A stretch of DNA of 32,000 nucleotides from Massilicoli timonensis (GTDB taxonomy: Bacteria > Bacillota_I > Bacilli_A > Erysipelotrichales > Erysipelotrichaceae): contig NZ_LT963434.1 in assembly GCF_900199515.1 (NCBI RefSeq), positions 1,802,180 through 1,834,179 on the forward strand. The letters run 5' to 3'. How positions within the stretch are numbered: position 1 is the stretch's first letter; each line of letters opens with the position of its first letter. The notes beneath the pieces are model-generated. The model was not told the origin of the DNA. It did not search any database and saw nothing but the letters and a program-made list of their open reading frames with translations. Made by a program: the position numbers and the translations under genes. This document shows, piece after piece, positions 17,386-25,820 of the stretch.

Positions 17386-17437
17386 AAAAAACCAATTTAT
17401 AAGAATCTCTTTCTTTTTGTGAGAGATTTGGTAAAAT
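17386..17437 (+). promoter_or_regulatory. AAAAAACCAATTTAT box plus an extended -10 (TGgTAAAAT) upstream of propeptide gene 1
   Basis: The 15-mer at 17386-17400 is identical to 12722-12736. TGGTAAAAT at 17429-17437 lies 28 nt downstream. An inverted partial copy, AGAGATTTGGT, sits at 17422-17432. Confidence 0.5.
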
Positions 17438-17465
17438 CATATCGTTAATAGGGAGGTTGTGTTTA

Positions 17466-17576
17466 ATGAGAAAAATGTTATTAGGTACTTTGATGTTCGT
17501 AATGCTGGCAGCTCTTGCTACACCGGTTTCGGCAGATGAGCCGATGCCTATGGGTACTTGGAACGAAAAAGTATAA
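17466..17576 (+). CDS. Unannotated 36-aa secreted propeptide (candidate quorum-sensing pheromone precursor 1): MRKMLLGTLMFVMLAALATPVSADEPMPMGTWNEKV
   Basis: GGGAGG RBS 9 nt upstream. Canonical Sec signal peptide with a VSA|DE cleavage site. 13-aa exported tail. Terminator immediately after the stop. Located 140 nt downstream of the regulator. Confidence 0.7.
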   Translation: MRKMLLGTLMFVMLAALATPVSADEPMPMGTWNEKV

Positions 17577-17603
17577 GATCATAGAACGCTATGGTCTTTT
17601 TTT
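17577..17603 (+). terminator. Rho-independent terminator after propeptide gene 1
   Basis: GATCATAG / CTATGGTC stem (one G-U pair), AACG loop, T7. Confidence 0.75.
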
Positions 17604-17671
17604 ATTGCCTGCGCTATACATTTTCAGACTTTTGAGATAAAATAATGAAGTTATCAGAAAGGACTGATGGT

Positions 17672-19042
17672 ATGAATAAAAGCCGTATGGAAACAGAGCC
17701 GATCGGGAAATTATTGTTTTCCCTCGCAGTGCCGACGGTATTGGCGCAGTTAGTCAATCTGCTTTATAATATCGTGGATAGAATTTTTGTCGGAAGAATG
17801 GCAGGAGTCGGTGATCTGGCATTGGCAGGTCTGGGCGTCAGTTTCCCGATCATCATGTTGATCAGCGCATTTGCGGCGTTGATCGGGATGGGCGGTGCCC
17901 CAAGAGCCTCTATTCATATGGGAGAGAAGCGCAATGATAAAGCGGAGAAGGTACTGGGGAACTGCGTGAGTGCACTTACGATCTGTGCGATCATACTTAC
18001 GATCGTCTTTTTATGGATCAAAGATCCGATCTTGCTGCTGTTTGGCGCCAGTGAAAAAACGCTGCCTTATGCAAGTGATTATCTGGGCATCTATTTGATC
18101 GGTACGATTTTTGTGCAGTTTGCATTAGGATTAAACATGTTCATCACTTCGCAAGGTTTTGCGAAAACCGGAATGGCGACCGTTTGCATCGGAGCGATCA
18201 TCAATATCATTCTGGATCCGATCTTTATCTTTGTGTTTGATATGGGAGTGCGTGGAGCGGCATTGGCAACGATCTTATCACAGGCGGTATCGGCGCTTTG
18301 GGTTTTGTACTTCCTTGTGGGGAAACGTACGATCTTAAAGATTCGTAAAGAGAATCTGAAATTAGAGCGAACGGTCATGATGCCGGTGCTGGCTTTAGGG
18401 ATTTCGCCTTTTGTCATGCAGGCGACGGAATGTCTGGTGCAATTAACCTTTAATAAAAGCATTGCTTATTATGGAAGCGATCTATATGTTACGATGATGT
18501 CGATCTTATTTTCGGTCATGCAGTTTATTTGGCTGCCGATGCAGGGATTTTCTCAGGGAGCACAGCCGATCCTAAGCTATAATTTCGGCTCGGGCAACTA
18601 TGAACGGGTACGCAAAACTTTTCGCTTGCTGTTTCAGGCGCTGATTGTTTATTCATTGCTTTTGGTCGGCAGTGTCGAGCTGTTTCCGCAGTTCTATATC
18701 GAGTTATTTGCACCTGACAATGCGGCGTTAATGGAGATTGCGGTGCCCGGCATTCGAATCTTTATGTTCGGCATGATGTTTATGGGCGCGCAAAGTGCTT
18801 GCCAGCAAACTTTTCTTGCACTGGGGGAAGCAAAGGTTTCTATGTTTCTGGCGTTTTTGCGCAAGCTGATCTTGCTTTTGCCGCTGATCTTGCTTTTGCC
18901 GCTGTTTGTCAAACCGGGAACGACCGGGGTATTGTTGGCGGAAGCGGTTGCCGATATTTTGGCGGTCAGCGTAACGGTGATCATATTTTCAAAGCGTTTT
19001 CCGCAGATCTTGGCAAAAAAGAGGCAAGAAACAAGTATGTAA
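17672..19042 (+). CDS. MATE-family efflux transporter
   Basis: 12-TM-type protein with the typical N-terminus PIGKLLFSLAVPTVLAQLVNLLYNIVDRIFVG. AAAGGA RBS favours ATG 17672 over 17645. Confidence 0.85.
   Translation: MNKSRMETEPIGKLLFSLAVPTVLAQLVNLLYNIVDRIFVGRMAGVGDLALAGLGVSFPIIMLISAFAALIGMGGAPRASIHMGEKRNDKAEKVLGNCVSALTICAIILTIVFLWIKDPILLLFGASEKTLPYASDYLGIYLIGTIFVQFALGLNMFITSQGFAKTGMATVCIGAIINIILDPIFIFVFDMGVRGAALATILSQAVSALWVLYFLVGKRTILKIRKENLKLERTVMMPVLALGISPFVMQATECLVQLTFNKSIAYYGSDLYVTMMSILFSVMQFIWLPMQGFSQGAQPILSYNFGSGNYERVRKTFRLLFQALIVYSLLLVGSVELFPQFYIELFAPDNAALMEIAVPGIRIFMFGMMFMGAQSACQQTFLALGEAKVSMFLAFLRKLILLLPLILLLPLFVKPGTTGVLLAEAVADILAVSVTVIIFSKRFPQILAKKRQETSM
18866..18901 (+). repeat. 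Perfect 18-bp tandem duplication inside the MATE gene
   Basis: CTGATCTTGCTTTTGCCG occurs twice back to back and in frame, giving LILLLP-LILLLP in the last TM region. Confidence 0.95.
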
Positions 19043-19043
19043 A

Positions 19044-19102
19044 AAAGATGTCGGATAGAGCGAATGTTTACCGCATTCTCTTTGTCAAAGGGCATCTTTT
19101 TT
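19044..19102 (+). terminator. Probable terminator after the MATE gene
   Basis: An outer AAAGATG / CATCTTT stem encloses an inner imperfect hairpin and is followed by a T-run. Confidence 0.45.
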
Positions 19103-19209
19103 CTTTGCTGAGAGATGGGAAAAGCGCTTCTTTCTTTCATGCGTTGTAACCAGCGCTAAAATAGACTATAATAAGGGAGACACAAAGTGAATGGAGAGCG
19201 AGGATAAAC

Positions 19210-19662
19210 ATGAAAGTATATGTAGCGGGCAGTTTGTTTAATGAAGCGGAAGTTGCACAGCGCAAGCGGGAAGGGGAACTGCTGCGGGCAGCTTTTCCGA
19301 ATCTGGAGATCTTTAATCCGATCGATCAGCCCTTTAATGAAAATAAAGCGTCGCTGCCTTCACCGGAGATGATATTTGACGGTGATACGGAAGCGGTCTT
19401 AGACTGTGATATTTTCATCGCTGATTTGACCAATGATGATCCGGGAGTCATGTGCGAATTGGGGATTGCGATCATGAATGAGAAAACCAAGATCATCATC
19501 GGCATTAACAGTGATATTCGCCTACGGGATGCGCATCGTTATGAACTTCCTACTTATGGTGTGAATCATTATGTATTAGGCGGGGTGTTAAAGCACGGGC
19601 ATTTTGTTTACAGCTTTGCGGAAGCGATCGAAAAACTGAAGGAATTGTTAGAGCAGGCATGA
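19210..19662 (+). CDS. Nucleoside 2-deoxyribosyltransferase-family protein
   Basis: 150 aa. MKVYVAGSLFNEAE N-terminus and DPGVMCELGIA (catalytic Glu context) are typical of the family. Confidence 0.7.
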   Translation: MKVYVAGSLFNEAEVAQRKREGELLRAAFPNLEIFNPIDQPFNENKASLPSPEMIFDGDTEAVLDCDIFIADLTNDDPGVMCELGIAIMNEKTKIIIGINSDIRLRDAHRYELPTYGVNHYVLGGVLKHGHFVYSFAEAIEKLKELLEQA

Positions 19663-21005
19663 AAGAGCAGTTTTTAGCAAGGATGAAGCAGATGCTTGGC
19701 GAGGAGTATGACGCCTATTTGGAAACCTTGCAAAAGCCGCCGTATCGCGGTCTGCGTGTCAATACCTTAAAATGTACTGCCGATCAGATACAGGAAAGTG
19801 GGATCGCGGTACTTCGTCCTGCATCGATCTGTGCCGACACCTTTTATATAGAAGATGATACCAGACTGGGGAATCATCCTTATCATATGGGCGGTATGTT
19901 TTATCTGCAAGAGCCTTCGGCTGCCGGTGCAGTGGAAATCTTAGATGTAAAAGAACATGACTGGGTGCTGGATCTTTGTGCGGCGCCCGGTGGGAAGAGT
20001 ACACAGATTGCGGCGAAATTAAAAAATACCGGTTTTTTATTAAGCAATGAAATTGACAGCGGACGCGCCATGACGCTGCTTTCTAATTTAGAGCGGATGG
20101 GAGTCAGTGAGAACATGGTAACCTGTGCGGATCCACGTGTGCTTTGTGAGCAGTTAAAAGGCTGTTTTGATAAAGTTTTGATCGATGCGCCGTGCAGCGG
20201 AGAGGGCATGTTTAAGAAGCATGCGCGGGCAATGGAGGAATGGAGCGAAGCACATGTGCAGGCATGTGCAAAGCGGCAGCTTCACATTTTGGAAAGCGGC
20301 TGCGCTTGTGTGAAAAGCGGTGGTACGCTTGTTTATTCCACCTGTACTTATGCGCTTGAGGAAAATGAAGCGGTGATCGATCAGTTCCTGCGCAGCCACC
20401 CGGAAATGGAACTGGAAGATTGTGCGGTTTCCTTTGGAAGAAGCGGGATCGCTTATGGTGATTTAGATGCTGAAAAGGTACGGCGCATCTTGCCGATGGA
20501 TGGTGGAGAAGGTCATTTCATCGCAAAAATGCGCAAGATCGGACCGGAAACAAGCAGCAAACTCTATTTTCAGGAAGCAAAACCGCGAAAAGATGTGGCA
20601 GAATGGCTGGCCGGTATCGTAGATGAGGCATTTCCTTATGCGATGGAAGAAAACGGACTGATCTATTTGAAAAAGACACCGTTTCTGCTGTTAAAGAAAG
20701 TAAAGGTATTACGGCAAGGAATCCAGGCCGGCATCCGTAAAGCAAAGCGCATTGAACCGATGCATCACCTTTATATGAGCGCCGTTTTGCGGTCTCATTT
20801 CAAACAGGTCTGCGTTTTGCATGAATTAAGCGAAGCGTATGCGTATCTGCAAGGCAATTTGATCATGAAAAGCGGCTGGCACGGTTATGTGGCGATTGCT
20901 TATCGAGGCTGCATCCTAGGCTTTGGCAAGGGAGATGGAACACAGATCAAAAACCATTATCCAAAAGGGCTGCGGCTCAGTGCAACCGCGCATTATGAGC
21001 GGTGA
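19659..21005 (+). CDS. RsmB/RsmF-family RNA (cytosine-C5)-methyltransferase
   Basis: SAM-binding DLCAAPGGKST and catalytic DAPCSGEGMF and STCT motifs. ATGA start/stop overlap with the upstream gene. Confidence 0.85.
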   Translation: MKEQFLARMKQMLGEEYDAYLETLQKPPYRGLRVNTLKCTADQIQESGIAVLRPASICADTFYIEDDTRLGNHPYHMGGMFYLQEPSAAGAVEILDVKEHDWVLDLCAAPGGKSTQIAAKLKNTGFLLSNEIDSGRAMTLLSNLERMGVSENMVTCADPRVLCEQLKGCFDKVLIDAPCSGEGMFKKHARAMEEWSEAHVQACAKRQLHILESGCACVKSGGTLVYSTCTYALEENEAVIDQFLRSHPEMELEDCAVSFGRSGIAYGDLDAEKVRRILPMDGGEGHFIAKMRKIGPETSSKLYFQEAKPRKDVAEWLAGIVDEAFPYAMEENGLIYLKKTPFLLLKKVKVLRQGIQAGIRKAKRIEPMHHLYMSAVLRSHFKQVCVLHELSEAYAYLQGNLIMKSGWHGYVAIAYRGCILGFGKGDGTQIKNHYPKGLRLSATAHYER

Positions 21006-21037
21006 ATCTTACCGTTTTGTTAGAAATGTTTTCCGTA

Positions 21038-21066
21038 TTTCCAATTAGAGTGGAATATGGTATAAT
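21038..21066 (+). promoter_or_regulatory. Promoter candidate for the teichoic acid locus
   Basis: Perfect extended -10 TGgTATAAT (21058-21066) with a weak -35 (TTTCCA) 17 nt upstream. Confidence 0.5.
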
Positions 21067-21122
21067 GTCTTAAATTATCGGAAGCATTGTGATATTGGGA
21101 CAAGGAGTAAGGAGCAACGCGT

Positions 21123-21965
21123 ATGTTTAGAAGTGTCCGTTATGTATTAAGTGAGAACTTTAGAAATCTGAATCGGATCTTTTCCATCTCTAAATACGAA
21201 CTGCTGGCGGATATGCGCGATACCAGACTGGGACTGTTCTGGAACTTCGCCAATCCGGTGATTCAGGTCTTGACCTATTGGCTGGTATTCGGCGGTATTT
21301 TGCGAGGCGATCGCGGTTCTATTTTAGGCATTGCCTATATCGACTGGATGATCGTCGGCATTTTTGTGTGGTTTTTTGTATCGAAGTGCATTACCGGCGG
21401 ATGCAATGCCATTCATGCCAAGGTGAATGTCATCACAAAGATGAAATTTCCGGTAGCGATCTTGCCGGTTACGGTCGTATTGAAGGAGTTTTTTAATCAT
21501 TTGTGCATGCTGCCGATCGTATTGGCGGTCTATGTCTTTCATGCCGGCTTTTCTTTAGGCGACATCGACTGGCTGATGCTTGGCTATTATTTGTTCTGCA
21601 CCTTGTTTTTATGTATTTCGATCTCCATGGTAACTTCGGTATTGACGATGTTTACCCGCGATGTAAAAAAACTGGTAAATTCCTGCATGCGTCTGCTTTT
21701 ATATTTGACGCCGGTGCTCTGGGAGCCGGCAGAGGCGCTGGTGAAAAGCGCTTTGGCAGACCAGGCTTATACCGTTATCAATATTTTGAAGATCAATCCG
21801 CTTTATTATCTGGTAAAGGGATATCGCGACTGTTTTTACTACCATTATGGCTTCAGTACGGTCCCAAACCAGACGATCGTATTTTGGACGGTTACTTTGA
21901 CTTTGTTTGTAATCGGCAGTTTCTTGATGTATAAGTTCAAACATAAATTCATTGATATGTTCTAA
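21123..21965 (+). CDS. tagG: Teichoic acid / polysaccharide ABC-2-type export permease
   Basis: 280-aa, 6-TM ABC-2 permease directly upstream of a TagH-like ATPase and tagD. Confidence 0.8.
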   Translation: MFRSVRYVLSENFRNLNRIFSISKYELLADMRDTRLGLFWNFANPVIQVLTYWLVFGGILRGDRGSILGIAYIDWMIVGIFVWFFVSKCITGGCNAIHAKVNVITKMKFPVAILPVTVVLKEFFNHLCMLPIVLAVYVFHAGFSLGDIDWLMLGYYLFCTLFLCISISMVTSVLTMFTRDVKKLVNSCMRLLLYLTPVLWEPAEALVKSALADQAYTVINILKINPLYYLVKGYRDCFYYHYGFSTVPNQTIVFWTVTLTLFVIGSFLMYKFKHKFIDMF

Positions 21966-21975
21966 GGAGTAAAGC

Positions 21976-22803
21976 ATGGAAAAAGAATGTGCGGTCGTAT
22001 TTGACCATGTGTCAAAAATTTACAAACTGAAGAAAAAAGGAAAAAACGCAGGGAAACCGGTCTATTTTTATGCGCTCAAAGACATCAGTTTTCAAATACC
22101 CAAAGGGGAGGTTGTCGGAGTGCTGGGGACAAACGGATCGGGGAAAAGCACGCTTTCCTCTATCTTAGCGGGGATTTCCAGCATCGACAGCGGAACGATA
22201 AAGATCAGCGGCGAACAGGCGCTCATCGCAATCAATTCCGGTTTGAACAACCAACTGACCGGATTAGAAAACATCAAGCTGAAAGGAGCGCTGCTTGGTT
22301 TATCGAAAAAACGGATTAAAGAGATCATTGACGGAGTGATCGATTTTGCGGAATTAGGTGATTTCATCGATCAGCCGGTAAAAAAATATTCCAGCGGGAT
22401 GAAGAGCCGTTTAGGATTTGCGATCTCGATCAACTTAAATCCTGATATCATCATTATCGACGAGGCGCTTTCCGTTGGCGACAAGGGCTTTGCGGAGAAG
22501 TGCATGAAGCGTATGAATGCGTTTAAGGAAGAAGGAAAGACGATCTTTTTCATTTCTCATTCGCTCAGTCAAGTCCGAAGGTTTTGCAATATGGGGCTTT
22601 GGATCGAAGGCGGGCAGATGATGGAATATGATGAAATCAATGCGGTGTGCGATCATTATGACGCTTATGTGGAAGCAGACAGACAGCGCAGCGAGGAAGA
22701 AAAAAAGGCATTCCGTAAAAAGAAGTTTCAAAAGCGTGTTGTTAAAAACGTAAAAGTCAGCTTGATTGAACGGGTGCTGCTGAAAGTGAAAGGAGGGAAA
22801 TAA
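21976..22803 (+). CDS. tagH: Teichoic acid export ATP-binding protein
   Basis: Walker A GTNGSGKST, signature YSSGMKSRL, Walker B IIIIDEALSVGD. Genomic context. Confidence 0.85.
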   Translation: MEKECAVVFDHVSKIYKLKKKGKNAGKPVYFYALKDISFQIPKGEVVGVLGTNGSGKSTLSSILAGISSIDSGTIKISGEQALIAINSGLNNQLTGLENIKLKGALLGLSKKRIKEIIDGVIDFAELGDFIDQPVKKYSSGMKSRLGFAISINLNPDIIIIDEALSVGDKGFAEKCMKRMNAFKEEGKTIFFISHSLSQVRRFCNMGLWIEGGQMMEYDEINAVCDHYDAYVEADRQRSEEEKKAFRKKKFQKRVVKNVKVSLIERVLLKVKGGK

Positions 22804-23195
22804 TGAGAAAGGTCATAACATATGGAACTTTTGATTTATTTCATGTCGGACATTTGAATATTTTGAAAAGAGCGAAGGCACAGGGCGATTATCTGGTCGT
22901 TGCGGTATCCTCTGATGCTTTCAATGCCGGGAAGGGCAAGAAAGCCTATTATTCGCAGGAAGATCGCATGGAGATCTTAAAGGCGATCAAATATGTGGAT
23001 GAAGTGATCTTAGAAGAATCATGGGATCAGAAGATCCGTGATGTAAAAGAACATGATATTGATGTCTTTGTCATGGGCGATGACTGGAAAGGGAAGTTTG
23101 ACTTTTTGAAGGATTATTGCGAAGTGGTGTACTTGCCGCGTACGGAGGGCATTTCCTCTACCAAGATCAAACAGGATCTCAGCATCAAGTCCTGA
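22803..23195 (+). CDS. tagD: Glycerol-3-phosphate cytidylyltransferase
   Basis: 130 aa. The TYGTFDLFHVGHLNILKRAK (HxGH) and RTEGISST motifs are characteristic of TagD/TarD. Confidence 0.9.
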   Translation: MRKVITYGTFDLFHVGHLNILKRAKAQGDYLVVAVSSDAFNAGKGKKAYYSQEDRMEILKAIKYVDEVILEESWDQKIRDVKEHDIDVFVMGDDWKGKFDFLKDYCEVVYLPRTEGISSTKIKQDLSIKS

Positions 23196-23207
23196 TCGGA
23201 GCTTGAC

Positions 23208-25820
23208 ATGGAAACGGGAAATAGGATGAACCGCGATCTTGGCTTAGTGAAGATCGAAGGCAGCCGCAATGCCTATTATTATCTGGCGGCAGAAACAGCA
23301 GCGCTGCGGCTCAATGTGGAAAACGGCTTCTTTTCGGTGCGTACTTTATTACAGGAAAATGCGCATCTGATGGGAGCGCATACGACCTTTCGTCTTATGG
23401 AAATCGAGATGCAGGGGGAGCGTGCGGCTGTAATCGAGAATACCCAGGAAGCACGTACCTTGCTTTGGAACGGTGCGCTTTATCGTTATGCGTTAAGGCA
23501 GGATGAGCAAGGTGCGCTTTTTGACATAGAAAAGCTGCCGTTTGGCAAAGGAATTTCATGTACGGGACTTGGCATCGAGGATGGTAAGATCAAACTGTAT
23601 TTAGATCAGGCAGTGGAAGGACTTTGTCTGATCGCCGTGCATCAGGAAGAAAGCATCGAATTGGCGATGCTGCAGGATCACGCATTTACCATTGAGCCAT
23701 CGGCTTTCACAAAGCTGCATGGGTTGCAATATGAATTATTTTTTAAGAAAGCGGAGCGGTTATTCCCGATACAGGTGGAAGAGACACTGCACTGCATGAT
23801 TCCTTTCCTGCAAGAGCAGGCGGCAAGTCTTGTAAAGATCGATATGGGAAAACAGGCAACGCTTACTTTTACAGGCATTGAGGAGGCGCTGCATCCGGAA
23901 ATCTATGCGCTGATCGCTCACGATGAACAAATCGAGGTAAGCGGAAAGTGGAATGCGCCGCTTTCTTTGATACAGAACTGTGAAAAAACAATGCTTTTTT
24001 GCGCCGGCGATGACAGTGCGATAGAAAGCGTGGATATGGACGGTGATGAAAGCGAGTTTACCTTGCATATTACCGAAAAACAGCTGGAAGAAATGCAGAA
24101 GCGTTTTTCCAAACGCTGGGATCTGTATTTGGAATTAAGACGAGGCGATGATGTGATCGCCATGCTGCCGATCGTCAAAGGGAAAACCTTAAATGCCGCT
24201 ATCCTGTATGAAGCGACATGGGGCAGCGAAACGCTTTGTTCTTTGCAGCTAAGCGCCACTAAGCAAAAAGGCAATGTCTATGTGCAGTTCCTTGCGCCGG
24301 TTCATATCAGCAAGATCAATTATATGGAGCATTTATTTGGGCATTTGCGTATCCATATGCGGATGCAGCAGGATGTAAGCGCCATTTATCGCGGTTTGTC
24401 ATATCAGGTGAAAATAGGCGATGCTTGGCAAAGCGCCAGACTGCAAAAACGCGGTGCAAGAACACTGCTGCTGAAGGTTCCCTGCAAAGACTTAGAAGCG
24501 ATGATCGCACAGCTTCGGCAATCCGGATTGGAAATGATGCTCGGCTATCGGGAGCAGCGCTATTGCTATACGATCAAAGAGCTGGATTACAGCCGTATCT
24601 ATGCGACTTTTTCTCAGCATGTCTTTCAATCACGCCGTTACCGTACCTTAGGCAAGCGTTTGTACCGTCTGTTTTTGAAATTGCCGGTGCGTAAAAACAA
24701 GATCTTGTTTGAAAGCTTTTTAGGGCGAAATGTATCCGGCAATCCGAAATATCTCTATGAATATTTATGCAACCATGAGATCGGCAAGTCTTATCGCATG
24801 TACTGGATCTTAAATGATCCCGATGAAACGATCAGCGCGCCCGGTAAAAAGATCCTGCGCCGTTCGATTCGCTACTATTATCATATGGCGACAGCCGGTT
24901 TTTGGATTTTCAATACACGTCAGGACAGTGATATCATCAAGCGCAAAAAGACGATTTACTTACAGACATGGCATGGCACGCCGCTAAAACGTCTTGGTTT
25001 TGATATGGACGATGTGAACATGGCATCACAGAGCAATATCGTAGAATACAAGCGGCAGTTTTATGCCAATTCCCGCCGCTGGGATTATCTGCTTGCGCAG
25101 AATCAGTATTCCGCCGATATATTCAGACGCTGCTTCGTATTCCGTAAATCGTTATTGGCATTGGGCTATCCTGCTAATGACGTGCTGTTTACGAAAAACA
25201 ATGAACAGGATATTCGCTCATTAAAGGAAAAGATGGGGATCCCGCTCGATAAAAAAGTCATTTTATATGCGCCGACATGGCGAGATGATCATTTTGTGCG
25301 CAAAGGCTACTATCAGATGAAGATGGAATTGGATCTGAAATTGATGCAGGAGCGTTTAGGTGAAGAATATGTGGTGCTGTTAAGAATGCACTATCTGATC
25401 ATGAATGTTTTGGATATTCACGCTTACCAGGGCTTCGCCTATGATTTCAGTGCGGGGTCTGATATTCAGGAACTGTATTTGGTATCCGATCTGTTGATTA
25501 CCGACTATTCATCGGTCATGTTCGACTATGCCAATCTGCGCCGTCCGATCGTGTTTTATACTTATGATATCGACGCTTATCGCGATTCCCTGCGCGGCTT
25601 CTATTTCGATTTTGAAAAAGAGGCGTGCGGTCCGATCTGCCGTACGACTTCGGAAGTGGTGGAAGCCATTGAGAAACAGGCGATCTGGCGTGAGGAATAC
25701 GCGGAAAAGATCGCTTCCTTCCATCAGAAATTCAACCATATCGATGATGGCAACGCTTCTAAACGCATATTAGAAATCGTACTCGATCGAAGCAGACAGG
25801 AGCAGCACGATGATCATTAA
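23208..25820 (+). CDS. CDP-glycerol glycerophosphotransferase (TagF-like polymerase) with an N-terminal region of about 500 aa of unknown function
   Basis: The C-terminal ~370 aa (NPKYLYEYL...TWHGTPLKRLG...YAPTWRD...ITDYSSVMFDY) match the Glyphos_transf family. The N-terminal half has no motif I recognise. Confidence 0.8.
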   Translation: METGNRMNRDLGLVKIEGSRNAYYYLAAETAALRLNVENGFFSVRTLLQENAHLMGAHTTFRLMEIEMQGERAAVIENTQEARTLLWNGALYRYALRQDEQGALFDIEKLPFGKGISCTGLGIEDGKIKLYLDQAVEGLCLIAVHQEESIELAMLQDHAFTIEPSAFTKLHGLQYELFFKKAERLFPIQVEETLHCMIPFLQEQAASLVKIDMGKQATLTFTGIEEALHPEIYALIAHDEQIEVSGKWNAPLSLIQNCEKTMLFCAGDDSAIESVDMDGDESEFTLHITEKQLEEMQKRFSKRWDLYLELRRGDDVIAMLPIVKGKTLNAAILYEATWGSETLCSLQLSATKQKGNVYVQFLAPVHISKINYMEHLFGHLRIHMRMQQDVSAIYRGLSYQVKIGDAWQSARLQKRGARTLLLKVPCKDLEAMIAQLRQSGLEMMLGYREQRYCYTIKELDYSRIYATFSQHVFQSRRYRTLGKRLYRLFLKLPVRKNKILFESFLGRNVSGNPKYLYEYLCNHEIGKSYRMYWILNDPDETISAPGKKILRRSIRYYYHMATAGFWIFNTRQDSDIIKRKKTIYLQTWHGTPLKRLGFDMDDVNMASQSNIVEYKRQFYANSRRWDYLLAQNQYSADIFRRCFVFRKSLLALGYPANDVLFTKNNEQDIRSLKEKMGIPLDKKVILYAPTWRDDHFVRKGYYQMKMELDLKLMQERLGEEYVVLLRMHYLIMNVLDIHAYQGFAYDFSAGSDIQELYLVSDLLITDYSSVMFDYANLRRPIVFYTYDIDAYRDSLRGFYFDFEKEACGPICRTTSEVVEAIEKQAIWREEYAEKIASFHQKFNHIDDGNASKRILEIVLDRSRQEQHDDH

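Noticed and set aside
16093-17576. Interpretation of the receptor/peptide pairs as phage arbitrium (AimR-AimP) systems
   Set aside because: Receptor size and gene order resemble aimR-aimP. However, no phage genes (integrase, terminase, capsid, repressor module) flank either cassette, and the peptide tails lack the xxxxGG/GA ending of known AimP peptides. I kept the generic RRNPP-like label.
18694-19140. 148-aa minus-strand ORF, and many similar antisense ORFs in the track (e.g. 2529-3047, 4447-4878, 5040-5423, 23918-24274)
   Set aside because: They lie antisense to or out of frame with strongly supported genes, lack an RBS, and have skewed Ser/Arg/Cys-rich composition typical of shadow ORFs.
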